Assembly: GCF_048403405.1 (NCBI RefSeq)
Contig: NZ_CP183129.1
DNA from: Escherichia coli
GTDB taxonomy: Bacteria; Pseudomonadota; Gammaproteobacteria; Enterobacterales; Enterobacteriaceae
Length of the DNA stretch: 64,000 bases
Direction: 5' to 3' (one strand)
Below are positions 26,122 to 35,451 of the stretch, one piece after another (the stretch's first letter is position 1; every line of letters starts with the position of its first letter). The notes beneath the pieces are model-generated. The model was not told the DNA's origin. It saw only the letters and a list, made by a program, of their open reading frames with translations, and did not search any database. Position numbers and translations under genes: made by a program.

Positions 26122-27489
26122 TTAGATTGCCCAACCACCCGCGTAAAATGCGACCAGTGCGGCAGTAATGATCACCGTACCAATATTCAGCTTTTGCCAT
26201 TCGCGTGCAAAGACGCGGCCTACGACCAGTGTCACAAAGCCCAGCATAATACCGGTAACGATATTACAAGTCAGAACGATGAACACGGCACACACCAGGC
26301 CAGCCATTGCGTCAATAAAATCATTGAAATCCAGCTTCGAGACGTTACTTAACATCAGCAAACCTACGTACATCAGAGCGGGTGCAGTGGCGTAACCAGG
26401 GATCAAAAATGACAACGGTGATAAGAACAAAATCAGCAGGAATAACGCCCCCACTACGGTTGCGGTCAATCCTGTTTTACCCCCGGCGGCGGTTCCTGCC
26501 GCTGATTCGATATAAACCGCTGCGGGCGCTGCGCCCACCAGGCCGGAGAATATTGAACTTACTGAGTCACTGGTCAGGGCTTTGCCGCCGTTGATGATCT
26601 GGTTGTCTTTATCCAACAAATTCGCCTGACCGGCGACGGCACGGATGGTACCAGTGGCGTCGAACACTGCGGTCATCACCAATGCTAGTACACTCGGAAG
26701 TACAGTTGGCTGGAGTGCGCCCATAATATCGAGGCTGAAAATCAGAGACTTACCATCTTCGCCAGTCAGGCTTGGCATCGCCACCAGACCGTGGTATTTC
26801 ACCGCTGGATCAAAGATTAAGCCGATGATCGAAATTGCAATAATCACCAACAAGATCCCGCCTGGTACGCGGCACTTTTCCAGACCGAAGATGACCGCCA
26901 GCCCCAGCAAGCTCATCATCACCGGGAAGGAGGTAAACGCACCGAGCGCCACTGGCAAGCCTTCAATCGGGTTTTTGATAACCATTCCCACACCGTTAGC
27001 AGCAATCAGCAGCAGAAACAGGCCGATACCGATACCTGTACCGTGAGCTATCCCCATCGGTAAATTACGTAAGATCCAGGTACGCACACCGGTTACGGAA
27101 ATGGCGGTGAAGATGACGCCCATCAGAAAGACCGCGCCCAGTGCGACAGGAACGCTAATTTGTTGCCCGAGAACCAGACTGAATGCGGTAAACGCCGTCA
27201 AGGAAATCGCGCAACCAATCGCCATTGGCAAATTGGCCCATAATCCCATCAGCAACGAGCCGAAGCCCGCGACCAGACAGGTGGCAACAAACACAGCTGC
27301 GGGAGGAAAACCTGCTTTGCCCAGCATTCCCGGAACGACGATAACGGAATAAACCATGGCCAGAAAGGTCGTTAAGCCAGCCAGTACTTCCTGACGAACG
27401 GTACTGCCACGAGCGGTAATTTTAAAATAATTATCCAGCGCGCCCTGTGGCTTTGGTGCGTCCGGTGTTTGTAGGATGTCTCCAGACAT
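26122..27489 (-). CDS. ghxQ: Guanine/hypoxanthine permease, NCS2 family
   Basis: 455 aa polytopic membrane protein, [30 protein letters not shown]... Confidence 0.9.
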   Translation of the reverse strand: MSGDILQTPDAPKPQGALDNYFKITARGSTVRQEVLAGLTTFLAMVYSVIVVPGMLGKAGFPPAAVFVATCLVAGFGSLLMGLWANLPMAIGCAISLTAFTAFSLVLGQQISVPVALGAVFLMGVIFTAISVTGVRTWILRNLPMGIAHGTGIGIGLFLLLIAANGVGMVIKNPIEGLPVALGAFTSFPVMMSLLGLAVIFGLEKCRVPGGILLVIIAISIIGLIFDPAVKYHGLVAMPSLTGEDGKSLIFSLDIMGALQPTVLPSVLALVMTAVFDATGTIRAVAGQANLLDKDNQIINGGKALTSDSVSSIFSGLVGAAPAAVYIESAAGTAAGGKTGLTATVVGALFLLILFLSPLSFLIPGYATAPALMYVGLLMLSNVSKLDFNDFIDAMAGLVCAVFIVLTCNIVTGIMLGFVTLVVGRVFAREWQKLNIGTVIITAALVAFYAGGWAI

Positions 27490-27524
27490 AATGATGTCCT
27501 CACGAGGATGTTAAAGTTTTATTA

Positions 27525-28844
27525 TTAGTTGCGTTCGTACACCAGACGACCATCAACGTAGGTGCGGTAGATCGAACGGTCATCGCCCAACGTCATCATC
27601 ACGAACAATTTGTCGACTAAAGAAACAGAGTTGTCATAGCGCAGCTGCTGTAGCGGAGTGGCGGTGGGTTCCATCACCACGAAATCAGCCTCTTTGCCAG
27701 GTAAAAAGTTGCCAATCAAATCGTCAAGGCCCAGAGATTTCGCTCCGCCGAGCGTGGCCAGGTAAAATGCTTCATATGCCGAGAGGCGATAGCCTTGTAG
27801 TTGCAACACTTTGTAGGCTTCGTTTAGCGTTTGCAGCATGTTGAAAGTTGTTCCGGCACCGATATCCGTTCCCATGCCCACTTTGACTTTCTTCTGCCAT
27901 GCTTTTTTCAAGTTGAATAAGCCGCTGCCGAGGTAAAGGTTGGAGGTCGGACAGAAAGCAATGCTGGATTTGGTTTCGCTGAGACGATCCCACTCTTTTT
28001 CTTCGAGATGGACGCAGTGAGCAAAGACACAGTTTTTACCGGTCAGGCCGTACTGATGGTAAACATCCAGATAGCCATCATGTTCAGGATAAAGTTCTTT
28101 CACCCAGGCAATTTCATCTTTGTTTTCACAGAGATGGGTATGTACCCACGTATCCGGATATTCTTCTTTCAGGCGTTGCGCCATCGCCATCTGTTCAGGA
28201 GATGAGGTAGGGGCGAAGCGTGGCGTAATCGCATACAACAGACGACCATTTTTGTGCCAGCGTTCAATCAGTTCTTTGCTTTGGTGATAGCTGCTTTCGG
28301 CAGTGTCGAGCAGATAATCCGGTGCGTTTCGGTCCATCATCACTTTACCGGCAATCATACGCATATTGATATGACTGGCGGCTTCAAACAGCGCATCAAC
28401 GGATTGCGGATGAACAGTGCCAAACACCAGCGCCGTGGTGGTTCCGTTACGTAAAAGCTGCTTGATGAAGAACGCCGACATCTCGCGGGCGTACTCTAAA
28501 TCCTCATAACGACGTTCAGTAGGGAAGGTGTGTTTATTCAACCACTCCAGCAATTGTTCACCATAGGCCCCCACCATTTCACTTTGCGGATAATGGATAT
28601 GTGTATCGACAAAGCCCGGTACTATCAGTTTGCCGCGATAGTCGCGCACGCGAATGGTGTCAGGAATTTGATGTTTTCCGTCTTCCCATTCGCCAAACCA
28701 TTCCACTTTTCCCTGTTTAATGAGTAATAAACCATCCTCAATAAACCGCAGCGCAGAGGCAATCTCTTCCGGGTTGTCGACCGTACGCGTGACATCAATA
28801 AAACTGCCTCGTACCGCTTTTAACGTGTGTTCTCCTGACATCAT
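27525..28844 (-). CDS. guaD: Guanine deaminase (amidohydrolase superfamily)
   Basis: Track ORF 27525..28964 trimmed to MMSGEHTLKAVRGSF..., giving 439 aa; metal-binding HxH motif (PGFVDTHIHYPQ). Confidence 0.9.
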   Translation of the reverse strand: MMSGEHTLKAVRGSFIDVTRTVDNPEEIASALRFIEDGLLLIKQGKVEWFGEWEDGKHQIPDTIRVRDYRGKLIVPGFVDTHIHYPQSEMVGAYGEQLLEWLNKHTFPTERRYEDLEYAREMSAFFIKQLLRNGTTTALVFGTVHPQSVDALFEAASHINMRMIAGKVMMDRNAPDYLLDTAESSYHQSKELIERWHKNGRLLYAITPRFAPTSSPEQMAMAQRLKEEYPDTWVHTHLCENKDEIAWVKELYPEHDGYLDVYHQYGLTGKNCVFAHCVHLEEKEWDRLSETKSSIAFCPTSNLYLGSGLFNLKKAWQKKVKVGMGTDIGAGTTFNMLQTLNEAYKVLQLQGYRLSAYEAFYLATLGGAKSLGLDDLIGNFLPGKEADFVVMEPTATPLQQLRYDNSVSLVDKLFVMMTLGDDRSIYRTYVDGRLVYERN

Positions 28845-28858
28845 TGACTCCTTTACTG

Positions 28859-30259
28859 TTAATCCATCTCTTCCGCTGAGGTAATACCAGGCAGAACGTT
28901 TTCCTGTCGGTAGCCACCAGGGAGGATAATATTTAATAAAATCGCAGTTAACCCGCCAGCACAAATAGGGTTTTCAACTAATACATAAATAGAGGCTGGC
29001 AATATTTTAAAAATTTCGGGATCGTAGGAGACGCCAAGCCCTAAACCTAAAGAAGTGGCGACAATAAGTGTTTCACGGCGCTTTAAACCGTTGGTGATGA
29101 TGATGCGAATCCCAGCGATAGCAATCATGGAAAACATCAACGTCATTGCGCCTCCCAGAACTGCCGAGGGTATGGTTGTGAAGAAGCCGCCAATCATCGG
29201 AAACAAGCCGAGGATAACCAGCATTACCGCGATGGTTCGCCCGACATAACGTGAAGCGACGCCAGTCATCTGAATAACCCCATTATTTTGCGCAAACGTG
29301 GTTAAGGGTAATGAACCGACAGCGGAGGCGATAACAGAAACCAGACCATCTGCCAGCACGCCGCCTTTCAGTCGGGACTGATACTCTTCCCCCTGAATAG
29401 GGCGGCGAGAAACCATTGCCGTGGCGGTGATATCGCCGACAGCTTCCAGCACGCTAAGCAAATAAATCGTGCCAACCACCAGGAACTGATGGAAGCTGAA
29501 ACTAAACCCGTATTTGAATGGATGCGGGATGGTGATTAACGGCAAATTGCGCATACTGCTGAAATCCACCATACCCAGGCATAACGACGCGATATAACCG
29601 ACGCATAGCCCAATGGCGATCCCTCCCATGCGTAGCAACGGACTGCGACAGCAGTTAAAGCCGATCACCACAATCAAAACCAATAAACCAACGCCGAGAT
29701 GTTCGTAATTGCCGAACGTACCGCTGCTTTTGGCTGCAAATCCTCCACCAAAATCGATAATGCCGACTTTAATCAGGCTTAAGCCGATCATCAGTACCAC
29801 AATACCGCTGACGGTAGGCGTAATAACCCGACGTAAATAGGGCAAGATAAATGAAGATCCGACAACCAGAAATGCGCCAACGAAGGAGACGCCGAGAAGC
29901 GACGACATGATTAACTCTTCGTGAAAACCGTCGCTTTTCATGCTGCTGCCCAGCGCAATCATGACCGTAACAAATGAAAAATTGACTGACTGAATTGAGA
30001 GTAGGCCAGAACCGACGATGCCGTAGCGGTTTACTTGTAACCAGGTACCAATACCAGAGGCGATCATCGCCATAGAAACAAGATAGGCGGTTGTTTCAGC
30101 GGAAAGCTGTAAGGCCGCACCCACGATTAACGCGGGGGTTACCATCGGAACGAAAATTGCCAACAGATGGGTAATGGCACCAACGAGAGCCTGATGAAAG
30201 GGAGGGCGATCCTCCAGTTCAAATATAAGGTCAGAACCTGCATGGTTTATATCAGACAT
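28859..30259 (-). CDS. xanQ: Xanthine:H+ symporter, NCS2 family
   Basis: Track ORF 28859..30316 trimmed to MSDINHAGSDLIFELEDRPPFHQ..., giving 466 aa; sits 14 nt upstream of guaD. Confidence 0.9.
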   Translation of the reverse strand: MSDINHAGSDLIFELEDRPPFHQALVGAITHLLAIFVPMVTPALIVGAALQLSAETTAYLVSMAMIASGIGTWLQVNRYGIVGSGLLSIQSVNFSFVTVMIALGSSMKSDGFHEELIMSSLLGVSFVGAFLVVGSSFILPYLRRVITPTVSGIVVLMIGLSLIKVGIIDFGGGFAAKSSGTFGNYEHLGVGLLVLIVVIGFNCCRSPLLRMGGIAIGLCVGYIASLCLGMVDFSSMRNLPLITIPHPFKYGFSFSFHQFLVVGTIYLLSVLEAVGDITATAMVSRRPIQGEEYQSRLKGGVLADGLVSVIASAVGSLPLTTFAQNNGVIQMTGVASRYVGRTIAVMLVILGLFPMIGGFFTTIPSAVLGGAMTLMFSMIAIAGIRIIITNGLKRRETLIVATSLGLGLGVSYDPEIFKILPASIYVLVENPICAGGLTAILLNIILPGGYRQENVLPGITSAEEMD

Positions 30260-30387
30260 CCCTTCACTCCTTTTAAAGTAAATTTGATCATCTGAATCAG
30301 TAAAATAAATTCCCACGAATTTGGGGCGCAGGACGCCTTGAGAACGGCTTATCTCATTTTCGCAGTCACTATTTAGTCATCGTCCAA

Positions 30388-30414
30388 ACAGAGAAACAGG
30401 CCGCCGAAGCGGCC
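30388..30414 (-). terminator. Rho-independent terminator after xdhD (end of the ygfK-ssnA-ygfM-xdhD transcription unit)
   Basis: GGCCGC-TTCG-GCGGCC hairpin on the minus strand followed by a T-rich tract (CTGTTTCTCTGTTTGG). Confidence 0.7.
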
Positions 30415-30423
30415 ATTTATTAT

Positions 30424-33294
30424 TTATATTTTTTCCAGCGCGGTGAGTATTTTCTCCGGTGTGAAATGCCATTCGCGTAACCAGATGCCGCATGCATCGT
30501 GAATTGCGGTAGCAATCGCCGGAGCTGCGCCATTTACACCGATTTCCGAGATCGATTTCGCCCCGAACGGGCCGACTTTATCGTCGCTCGGCACCAGCAC
30601 AGCGCGGAAATCACGCGGAATATCGCCTATTTTCGGTGCGCCGTAACTGCGTAAATCACGCGTTAACGGGTGACCTTCGGCGTCATAAATGATTTCTTCG
30701 CTCATACTGTGGCCGATTGCACGAAGGGTGGCACCGTAGATTTGTCCCAACGCTAACTCTGGATTGACCGGTGTACCGCAATCCAGCAAGGCGTAGAATT
30801 TATCCAGGCGGATTTCCCCCGTACGCGTGTTGACGGCAACTTCAGCAAAGTTTGCGCCATACGGGAAGGCGAAATCAGGCGTGATATAACTGCCAGTTCC
30901 CACCAGTGAACCAAAGCCGGTGCCGGTTTCGCCTTTATGGGCAATATCCCCGAAACTAACTTCGCCTTTCTTGCCGCGTACGACGCCCGGCGTTGCTAGT
31001 TGGACATCTGCCACTGGCTCACCCAACATTTGCGCACCGTGGAACAGAATTTTCTCCCGCAGATTTTCTGCTGCCAAGCGCGCCGCGTTACCCGAGAAGC
31101 AAGTACCGGACGAGGCATATGCGCCTTTATCAAACAACGCATGATCGGTATCACCGGAGATAACATGCACGTCCTGCGGTGGGCAGTGCAGCACTTCTGC
31201 TGCCAGTTTCGTCACCACCGTATCCAGACCAGTACCAATATCCGCACCGCCAGAATGAACGATAAAGGTACCGTCTGATTCCAGTTTGATCATGCAGTTA
31301 GCCTGATCGATATCTGGGATCCCTGATTTCTGCATGATAATGGCGACGCCACGACCGATGTGCCAGTCACCGTTTTGTGGTTTTGGTGAAGACCATTGGA
31401 TCATCTCGCGACCCTGACGCAGGATCTCTTCCAGTGCGCAGCTGGCGGCGGAAGGAACGGAGGTCGGCGCTTTACCTTCACCGATTGCACCGAGAATTTT
31501 CAGCTCTTGCCCTTCGTGTACCCGGTTACGTTCGATAATTTCCAGTTGGTCGATCTGTAACTGTTCAGCCAGTTCCGCTAATGCCATGGTGATAGCGAAG
31601 TTACCTTTCGGTGCGCCATAACCCTGATAAGCACCATTTGGGCAAATGTTGCTGTAGTAGGTGGTGACCTGGAAATCGACGTTATCGCACGGATATAACG
31701 GCAGCGACAGCGCCGGTCCGTTACACGGTACGGTGAGTGAGTGGTTGCCGTAAGGGCCAGTGTTGGCGCGGAAATCCATCTTCACTGCCGTCAGGCGACC
31801 ATCTTTTTTCGCTCCCAGTTTGACGGTGACTTTCGCGACGTGACGAGAGGTGTTAGCAATAAACTCTTCTTCACGGGTGTAGCGGAACAGTACCGGACGC
31901 CCGGTCACGCAGGTTGCCCAGGCGCACACTTCTTCCAGCAGGATGTCCTGTTTAGACCCAAAACCGCCGCCAACTCGCTCTTTAATGACATGAACTTTAT
32001 GTTGTTTCATGCCCACGAGGCGCGCGACCTGGCGGCGTAAGTGCCATGGTACTTGGGTGGAGGCGTGGATAACCAGACGATCGCCGTCCATACGGGTAAA
32101 GCAGATATGAGTTTCAGTCGGGCACTGCTGCGCCTGCGTTGAGTTATAGGTTCGCTCAATGATCACATCGGCATCGGCAAAGCCTTTGTCCATATCGCCA
32201 ATATGACCATGAATACTGGCGGCGATATTTTTACGGGGGCGAGAACCGATCGGGAAGTTGATGATCATATGCTCGCCGCGCTGGGCTGCATGGCTGTTAT
32301 CGTCTTCCAGAGTATCTGGCGCACCAGCAACATACACCACCGGTTCATCGTGCACGACAGGCGCATCTTCCGCCATTGCTTCGTCGATCGACATTACAGG
32401 TTTAAGCACTTCATATTCAACGTCGATGAGCTTCAGTGCTTCGAGCGCAATGTCTTCACTTTCTGCGACGACCGCAGCAACGCGATCGCCGACGTGACGC
32501 ATTTTCTTGCCGAACATACGGCGGTCAAGCGGTGACGGTTCCGGTGCGCTCTGACCGCCCGGGGTATAGTAGATATCCGGGCAATTCAGGTGAGTAATAA
32601 CGTGAACAACGCCCGGTAAGGCTTCAGCTTTGCTGACATCCAGATGAGTAATCAGTGCGTGAGCGTGTGGGCTACGTAACATTTTAATGACGCAGGCATC
32701 AGCCGTTACGCGGTCTTCAACATAGCAGGGTTTCGCCTGCACCATTTTCGCGGCATCAGTTTTAGGATAATGCTTACCAATGACTTCAAGGTCATCGCGG
32801 AAAGTCGGAGCGATATCAATGGTGGCCTGCGGATTATTTTTACGTGCAACCGCCAGTTCAATGACCTGATAGTATTGTTGCCAGCCTGCATCGCGGCTGA
32901 ACAAACCAGAAAGCGCGTCGTCGATCTCTTCGCGGGTCGGTGCGGCAATGCGATCGAGAAGATCGGTGATAATCAGAGCCGCAGCTGGATCGTTATAACC
33001 AGACTGCACCACGCCAACATCAACCATTGCCTGTTGAACCAGACTTAACTCGTTCCATTTGCCCAGAGACTCTGTGGTACGAATATCTGCCTTCTCTAAC
33101 TGTGCGGCGATAAGCAAGGACGCGTTAACGATATTACCGTTACAGATAATTGCGTCAGAACCGGCAAACCCGAATCCATCATCGCTGTTGCGTACAGAGT
33201 GCATTCCCATGTTAAACAACAGCTTTTGCACGTTTTCGCCTGGATTAACGGTTAGCTCCTGAGGCGCGCCATTTAAAGTAAAGTGGATGATCAT
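30424..33294 (-). CDS. xdhD: Molybdopterin-containing hydroxylase, fused 2Fe-2S plus molybdenum-binding subunit (xanthine dehydrogenase family; putative selenium-dependent)
   Basis: 956 aa; aldehyde-oxidase/xanthine-dehydrogenase-type large subunit with an N-terminal iron-sulfur domain. Confidence 0.88.
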   Translation of the reverse strand: MIIHFTLNGAPQELTVNPGENVQKLLFNMGMHSVRNSDDGFGFAGSDAIICNGNIVNASLLIAAQLEKADIRTTESLGKWNELSLVQQAMVDVGVVQSGYNDPAAALIITDLLDRIAAPTREEIDDALSGLFSRDAGWQQYYQVIELAVARKNNPQATIDIAPTFRDDLEVIGKHYPKTDAAKMVQAKPCYVEDRVTADACVIKMLRSPHAHALITHLDVSKAEALPGVVHVITHLNCPDIYYTPGGQSAPEPSPLDRRMFGKKMRHVGDRVAAVVAESEDIALEALKLIDVEYEVLKPVMSIDEAMAEDAPVVHDEPVVYVAGAPDTLEDDNSHAAQRGEHMIINFPIGSRPRKNIAASIHGHIGDMDKGFADADVIIERTYNSTQAQQCPTETHICFTRMDGDRLVIHASTQVPWHLRRQVARLVGMKQHKVHVIKERVGGGFGSKQDILLEEVCAWATCVTGRPVLFRYTREEEFIANTSRHVAKVTVKLGAKKDGRLTAVKMDFRANTGPYGNHSLTVPCNGPALSLPLYPCDNVDFQVTTYYSNICPNGAYQGYGAPKGNFAITMALAELAEQLQIDQLEIIERNRVHEGQELKILGAIGEGKAPTSVPSAASCALEEILRQGREMIQWSSPKPQNGDWHIGRGVAIIMQKSGIPDIDQANCMIKLESDGTFIVHSGGADIGTGLDTVVTKLAAEVLHCPPQDVHVISGDTDHALFDKGAYASSGTCFSGNAARLAAENLREKILFHGAQMLGEPVADVQLATPGVVRGKKGEVSFGDIAHKGETGTGFGSLVGTGSYITPDFAFPYGANFAEVAVNTRTGEIRLDKFYALLDCGTPVNPELALGQIYGATLRAIGHSMSEEIIYDAEGHPLTRDLRSYGAPKIGDIPRDFRAVLVPSDDKVGPFGAKSISEIGVNGAAPAIATAIHDACGIWLREWHFTPEKILTALEKI

Positions 33295-34070
33295 ACGGCT
33301 TCCTCCCCAGCCTGTTGGCAGTCGGCATACAGGTCGGCTACCAGAACTCCCGTGATATAGCGTTTATAGGCCACGCTGCCCCGCAAATCTTCCTGCGGGA
33401 AAATGGCGTTGGCGACAGCCTGTTCAAGTGCATTGCCTTCCAGATTTTGTTTTTCAACATCGTGCAGACGCAGGGCTTTACTGGCGACGCCATCCAGCGC
33501 AATTCGCATACCGTCGTGGTCTGTCATTGCAACGGCTGCCGTCACGACGGTTAAACCTGCCTGAGAACGGCTAATTTTGCGGGTCGCACAGGTGCGATAC
33601 GGATCTTTAATGATAATTTCGGTTAGCAGGCGATCGCATGGGCAGGCCAGGTACTCTTCGATTGACAGTGTTTCGCCATTGCCAAAAACCAGTTCAGCAT
33701 CCAGTGCCAGCAGGACGGGAAGCAGCACAGACTCTTCCTGCCGGGCGGCGATTTCACCACCAATGGTCGACTGATTACGAACATGGCGAGAGTAGACAAA
33801 GCCGAGGGCTTCACGCAGTGCTGCAGGAATAAATCGCGCATCACGCAGTGGCTGCAAGCGAGACATTGCGCCAATCCGCAGTGCACCGTTATCCCAGTCA
33901 ACCCAGTCCAGTTCCAGATCCTGTAAGGAAATGGCAATCTTTTTATCGGTACGGGTTGGTGTAGCGTTGAGTTTGCTGCCCCCGGCGAACCAGACGGCTT
34001 CATCCTTGTAGCGGCGCTTCAGTTCCAGCGCCTGTTCGACAGAGTCGGGCCTGAAAAATTGTTCAATCAT
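33291..34070 (-). CDS. ygfM: FAD-binding subunit (CO dehydrogenase medium-subunit-like) partner of XdhD
   Basis: 259 aa; its start overlaps the xdhD stop by 4 nt. Confidence 0.85.
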   Translation of the reverse strand: MIEQFFRPDSVEQALELKRRYKDEAVWFAGGSKLNATPTRTDKKIAISLQDLELDWVDWDNGALRIGAMSRLQPLRDARFIPAALREALGFVYSRHVRNQSTIGGEIAARQEESVLLPVLLALDAELVFGNGETLSIEEYLACPCDRLLTEIIIKDPYRTCATRKISRSQAGLTVVTAAVAMTDHDGMRIALDGVASKALRLHDVEKQNLEGNALEQAVANAIFPQEDLRGSVAYKRYITGVLVADLYADCQQAGEEAV

Positions 34071-34120
34071 CTTCTTTCCTTATTTAACCCTCTTCCCTAC
34101 GGGAAGAGGGTATTTGTCAT

Positions 34121-35449
34121 TTATGCCAGCGCATCCATCCGACGCCACATACTGGCAGCGGCTTTTCTGGCTTGCGCATAAATGGAATCGCAATCGAAGT
34201 TAAACTGACGGTCTTCATAGACCATCACGCCATTGACCATCACGCTATGAACGCTGCCTGAGCCCATACCGAAAGCGATATGCCCGGCGATATTGTCTGC
34301 CAGCAGCGGTGTCGGCGAGTTGTAATCGCAAATGGTTAAATCGGCTTTGTAACCGGCTTCCAGAAGGCCAAATTTCGCGCCAAAGTTGCGGCTCATCAGT
34401 TCGTTGCCGTTAGCCAGTGCTTTGGCAAAACTGTCAGGCCACAGCGGACCACCCGCATCGCGATGTTTAAAGAAGGCAAATTTCATCTCTTCAAACATGT
34501 CCGAACCAATGCCGTCAGTTCCCAACGCCAGATTGCGGATGTCGCTAAGGTGATGGTTGTAGCCGACATGGTTGTTCATGTTTGAACGGGCGTTATGCAC
34601 CAGGAACGCATCGCGCTGATTGAGTAGGGCGATGTCATCTTTCGACAAGTACAGCCCATGAGCGACCAGCGTTTTGCTGTCGATGAGATCGAATTGCGCC
34701 AGTCGTGCCAGCAGGTCTTTGCCGTACCAGTGGTGACTGTAGGAAACGTCATAAAGGTCTTCCGCAGCGTGAATGTGCAAACCACGACCTGTGGCTTTCA
34801 CGGCTTCACGCAGCATCTCCAGACCGGCATCCGGCACGGTAAACGGCGCGTGAGCGCCGATATGTGCTTCCACCAGATACGGTTCGGTTGCTGCTTTCTT
34901 CGCCTCATCAATCTGACGGGCGAAGCGGATGTTTTCTTCTACACCTTCCTGCAACTCTTTGATACCGTTGTTACGGTCAGTAGTTTCAAAACAGGTCATC
35001 GCGCGCAGGCCAACTTTTAAAAATGCGTTGCGCAATGTGGAGAGCGACCCGTCGATATACGCCGGAGAGGCATGGTGATCGATAACCGATGTACATCCGC
35101 CCTTAATCGCTTCCAGGGAACAAATCAGTCCGCTGTAATAGAGCGACTCTTCATCAAGGGCGCGATCGAGTCGCCACCAGAGATTTTTCAGCGTTGAGAT
35201 GAAATCCGGGCAGGGGGCGATGTTTGCCATAATTCCGCGGGACAGCCCCGAGTAAAAATGGTTGTGCGAGCAGACAATTCCTGGCATCACAATCCGACCA
35301 TGCATCTCTTTGTAGCTGGCATCGGGGTAGCGTTGCGTCAGGGCATCGCCGATAGCGACAATCACATCATTTTCGATGGCGATATCAACGCCTTCCTGCA
35401 CTTTCGCCGGGTGTAACTGCACTGCGGTGACATTCTTCAGAATCAACAT
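34121..35449 (-). CDS. ssnA: Amidohydrolase-family putative aminohydrolase SsnA (chlorohydrolase / nucleobase-deaminase-like)
   Basis: 442 aa with an HxH metal motif (PGIVCSHNHFYSG). Confidence 0.88.
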   Translation of the reverse strand: MLILKNVTAVQLHPAKVQEGVDIAIENDVIVAIGDALTQRYPDASYKEMHGRIVMPGIVCSHNHFYSGLSRGIMANIAPCPDFISTLKNLWWRLDRALDEESLYYSGLICSLEAIKGGCTSVIDHHASPAYIDGSLSTLRNAFLKVGLRAMTCFETTDRNNGIKELQEGVEENIRFARQIDEAKKAATEPYLVEAHIGAHAPFTVPDAGLEMLREAVKATGRGLHIHAAEDLYDVSYSHHWYGKDLLARLAQFDLIDSKTLVAHGLYLSKDDIALLNQRDAFLVHNARSNMNNHVGYNHHLSDIRNLALGTDGIGSDMFEEMKFAFFKHRDAGGPLWPDSFAKALANGNELMSRNFGAKFGLLEAGYKADLTICDYNSPTPLLADNIAGHIAFGMGSGSVHSVMVNGVMVYEDRQFNFDCDSIYAQARKAAASMWRRMDALA

Positions 35450-35451
35450 GA

